Part shown: piece after piece, positions 62,317-64,000 of the stretch
Layout: each line of letters begins with the position of its first letter
Numbering within the stretch: the stretch's first letter is position 1
Source of the DNA: Nemertoderma westbladi
Lineage: Eukaryota > Animalia > Xenacoelomorpha
Direction of reading: 5' to 3'
NCBI GenBank assembly: GCA_032718475.1
Contig: JAUCBJ010004773.1
Location: 8,932 to 72,931, forward strand
Length of the DNA: 64,000 bases
Notes under the pieces: generated by a model
What the model was told of the DNA's origin: nothing
The model's database searches: none
The model's input: the letters and a program-made list of their open reading frames with translations, nothing else
Translations under genes and position numbers: made by a program

Positions 62317-64000
62317 TTCCGTCGCATTGACGTCATGCAAGCGGATATCGCATCACTCATATCAACTCTCATTGGCCTATCGATCCCGGTAAACAACGTT
62401 GGAACTATCCCATTGGACTACATTAACGCAACAGAGGAATTCCTCGCCCAATCAATGCGAGCAAACGCACGTCAACTGGTTGCCCAATACCGACGGAAGA
62501 TGGCGCTAAAACGCGATACCACGTGGTCCTACAGGTTCTACCGTTTCCGGGGTTACCCGACTCGGTTGTGGAGGATCGTCTACGACGCATCGACTCCGGT
62601 TTAACCCGTCGCCTCCACTCGCAAACCATCGAGGAATCCCGTCAACTCATCCAACTCTCCATCCGAGGTTTGGCCTACTTCCAGACCTACGATCGTCTCT
62701 CTCTCAGCGTCTGCGTCGTCGTCAGCTTCGCTGGTTGGATCGCTCTCGTCCTCGGCACGATAACCAAACAATCGATCGGCTACTTACCTAAATCCTCATT
62801 ACAAACCGACAAATCCTTCTCCCACATTGTGTTCTCCTTGGCTGCGGCGGTGACCTCCATCGTACTATTCGCCAACGGGAGTAAGTTAACCTACTACCTC
62901 TACTACCTTCTGCCTCTGGGTTTGTGGTTCCAGGTCTCCAGGGAGGGCGTCATCGCGTCCACCGTATGGGCCTTCGTCACACAACCTCGCAACTCCTCCA
63001 CGATAATCTCCTGTCTCCTCGGCGTTCAACTCCTTGTCGGCGTCTTCTTTTACCGCGAACTTCTGTGTTTCGGCGTCGTATTCGCCGCAGTTTGGCCCGC
63101 ATTAACACCCCACCGCTCGGCCGGTTAACCGATTGCTTTTTAATCAGTTGGTTCGGTGTTTCAACCTGCATGTTGGTGTTTCCTCTGCTTCCTGTGGTTC
63201 AACGGGACTAGCAACTACTACCTCGTAGGTTTACGCGGGAGCGCTAGCGCTTCTCCTCAGGTTGTATCGGCGTGGTGCAGCTGCGACAGTTCACACATTT
63301 CCGCCTCATCCATTAGACTGCTTGTATCTCACATTAGTTATTCTGTGTCTCTCATTGGCTGTCGTCCTGCCGACTGCACTTAGTATTAACCGTAACCGAA
63401 GGGCTGCCCCTTGTCACTCAGTTGTTCAGTTGGCTGTTACTCCCTACTGCGTTTATTTTGCCTTTGTTCTCGGATACTCACTCTCATTGTTCGTCTTCCT
63501 CCTTGTCTTTCCTGTCCAGCTCTACCTATCATCACGCGGCTCCGAAGGCTCTTTTAGTCTCCTTGGTGGTTACATGACTTTGTGGTTGATGTTGGCACCC
63601 ATCTTTGAGCACGTCGTCACCCCTCCACCGTCTATTCGCATCGATTCTCGTGGCGTCCCGGCATTCGGTTCACTCTCACCACCATCTCGACTCCCTTCGA
63701 CCGCGCTCTATTCTTCGTCATTCTACTGCTCTCGGTTCTATGGCACCGGTCAACATCGCCGTGTCACACCTACGACCCCGTTCTGTATACTGTTTCGTAA
63801 CCAGTGTTCAGTCCCTTCACCATGGCATCTGCTGGTCTATCAGATGTTCACACTCCTTACTCTTCGTTCACTCTATTTTTCCACGCCATTTACGCGTCTC
63901 TGTCCATTGCTCGCTCCTCATTGGTTTCTTAGTACTTGTTCTTCGTGACGTCATGGCTATTAATTTTATTTCTTATGGGTCCGTGATTATGGTTCTTGGT
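62317..64000 (+). CDS. PIGN: PIGN exon 5 (large 3' exon, membrane domain); frame broken at about 62548 and increasingly after 63120
   Basis: Acceptor tttacag|; RRIDVMQADIASLISTLIGLSIPVNNVGTIPLDY, then after a shift GLAYFQTYDR..FAGW and TM segments; 3' boundary not determinable. Confidence 0.8.

Overview
Repeat-rich eukaryotic (animal-like) genomic DNA. One host gene, PIGN (GPI ethanolamine-phosphate transferase 1, + strand), spans most of the window in five recognisable exons (6385 to the window end). Its 23.5-kb intron 2 holds four nested host genes: a GT32/DXD glycosyltransferase, AKTIP/FTS, BCKDHA and a multi-UBA + DPPF methyltransferase. It also holds a broken MULE transposase, nested RTE/RTE-X-like LINEs and MITEs. 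Intron 3 holds minisatellites, an L2-type fragment and a CRE-like element. Intron 4 is almost entirely a 19.5-kb BEL/Pao LTR retrotransposon (42188-61653, - strand, 2.2-kb LTRs, TCCCG target-site duplication), the most unusual object here. It has (i) a ~1240-codon extra ORF in the env position encoding a DEDDy/WRN-type 3'-5' exonuclease-like domain plus three zinc knuckles, (ii) twelve same-orientation copies of a 20-nt hairpin scattered through its internal region and read in all three frames, (iii) no tRNA-type PBS but an LTR-internal 11-mer complementary to the PBS position, and (iv) a tRNA-like Pol III cassette in each LTR. All calls were made by eye, without database searches.
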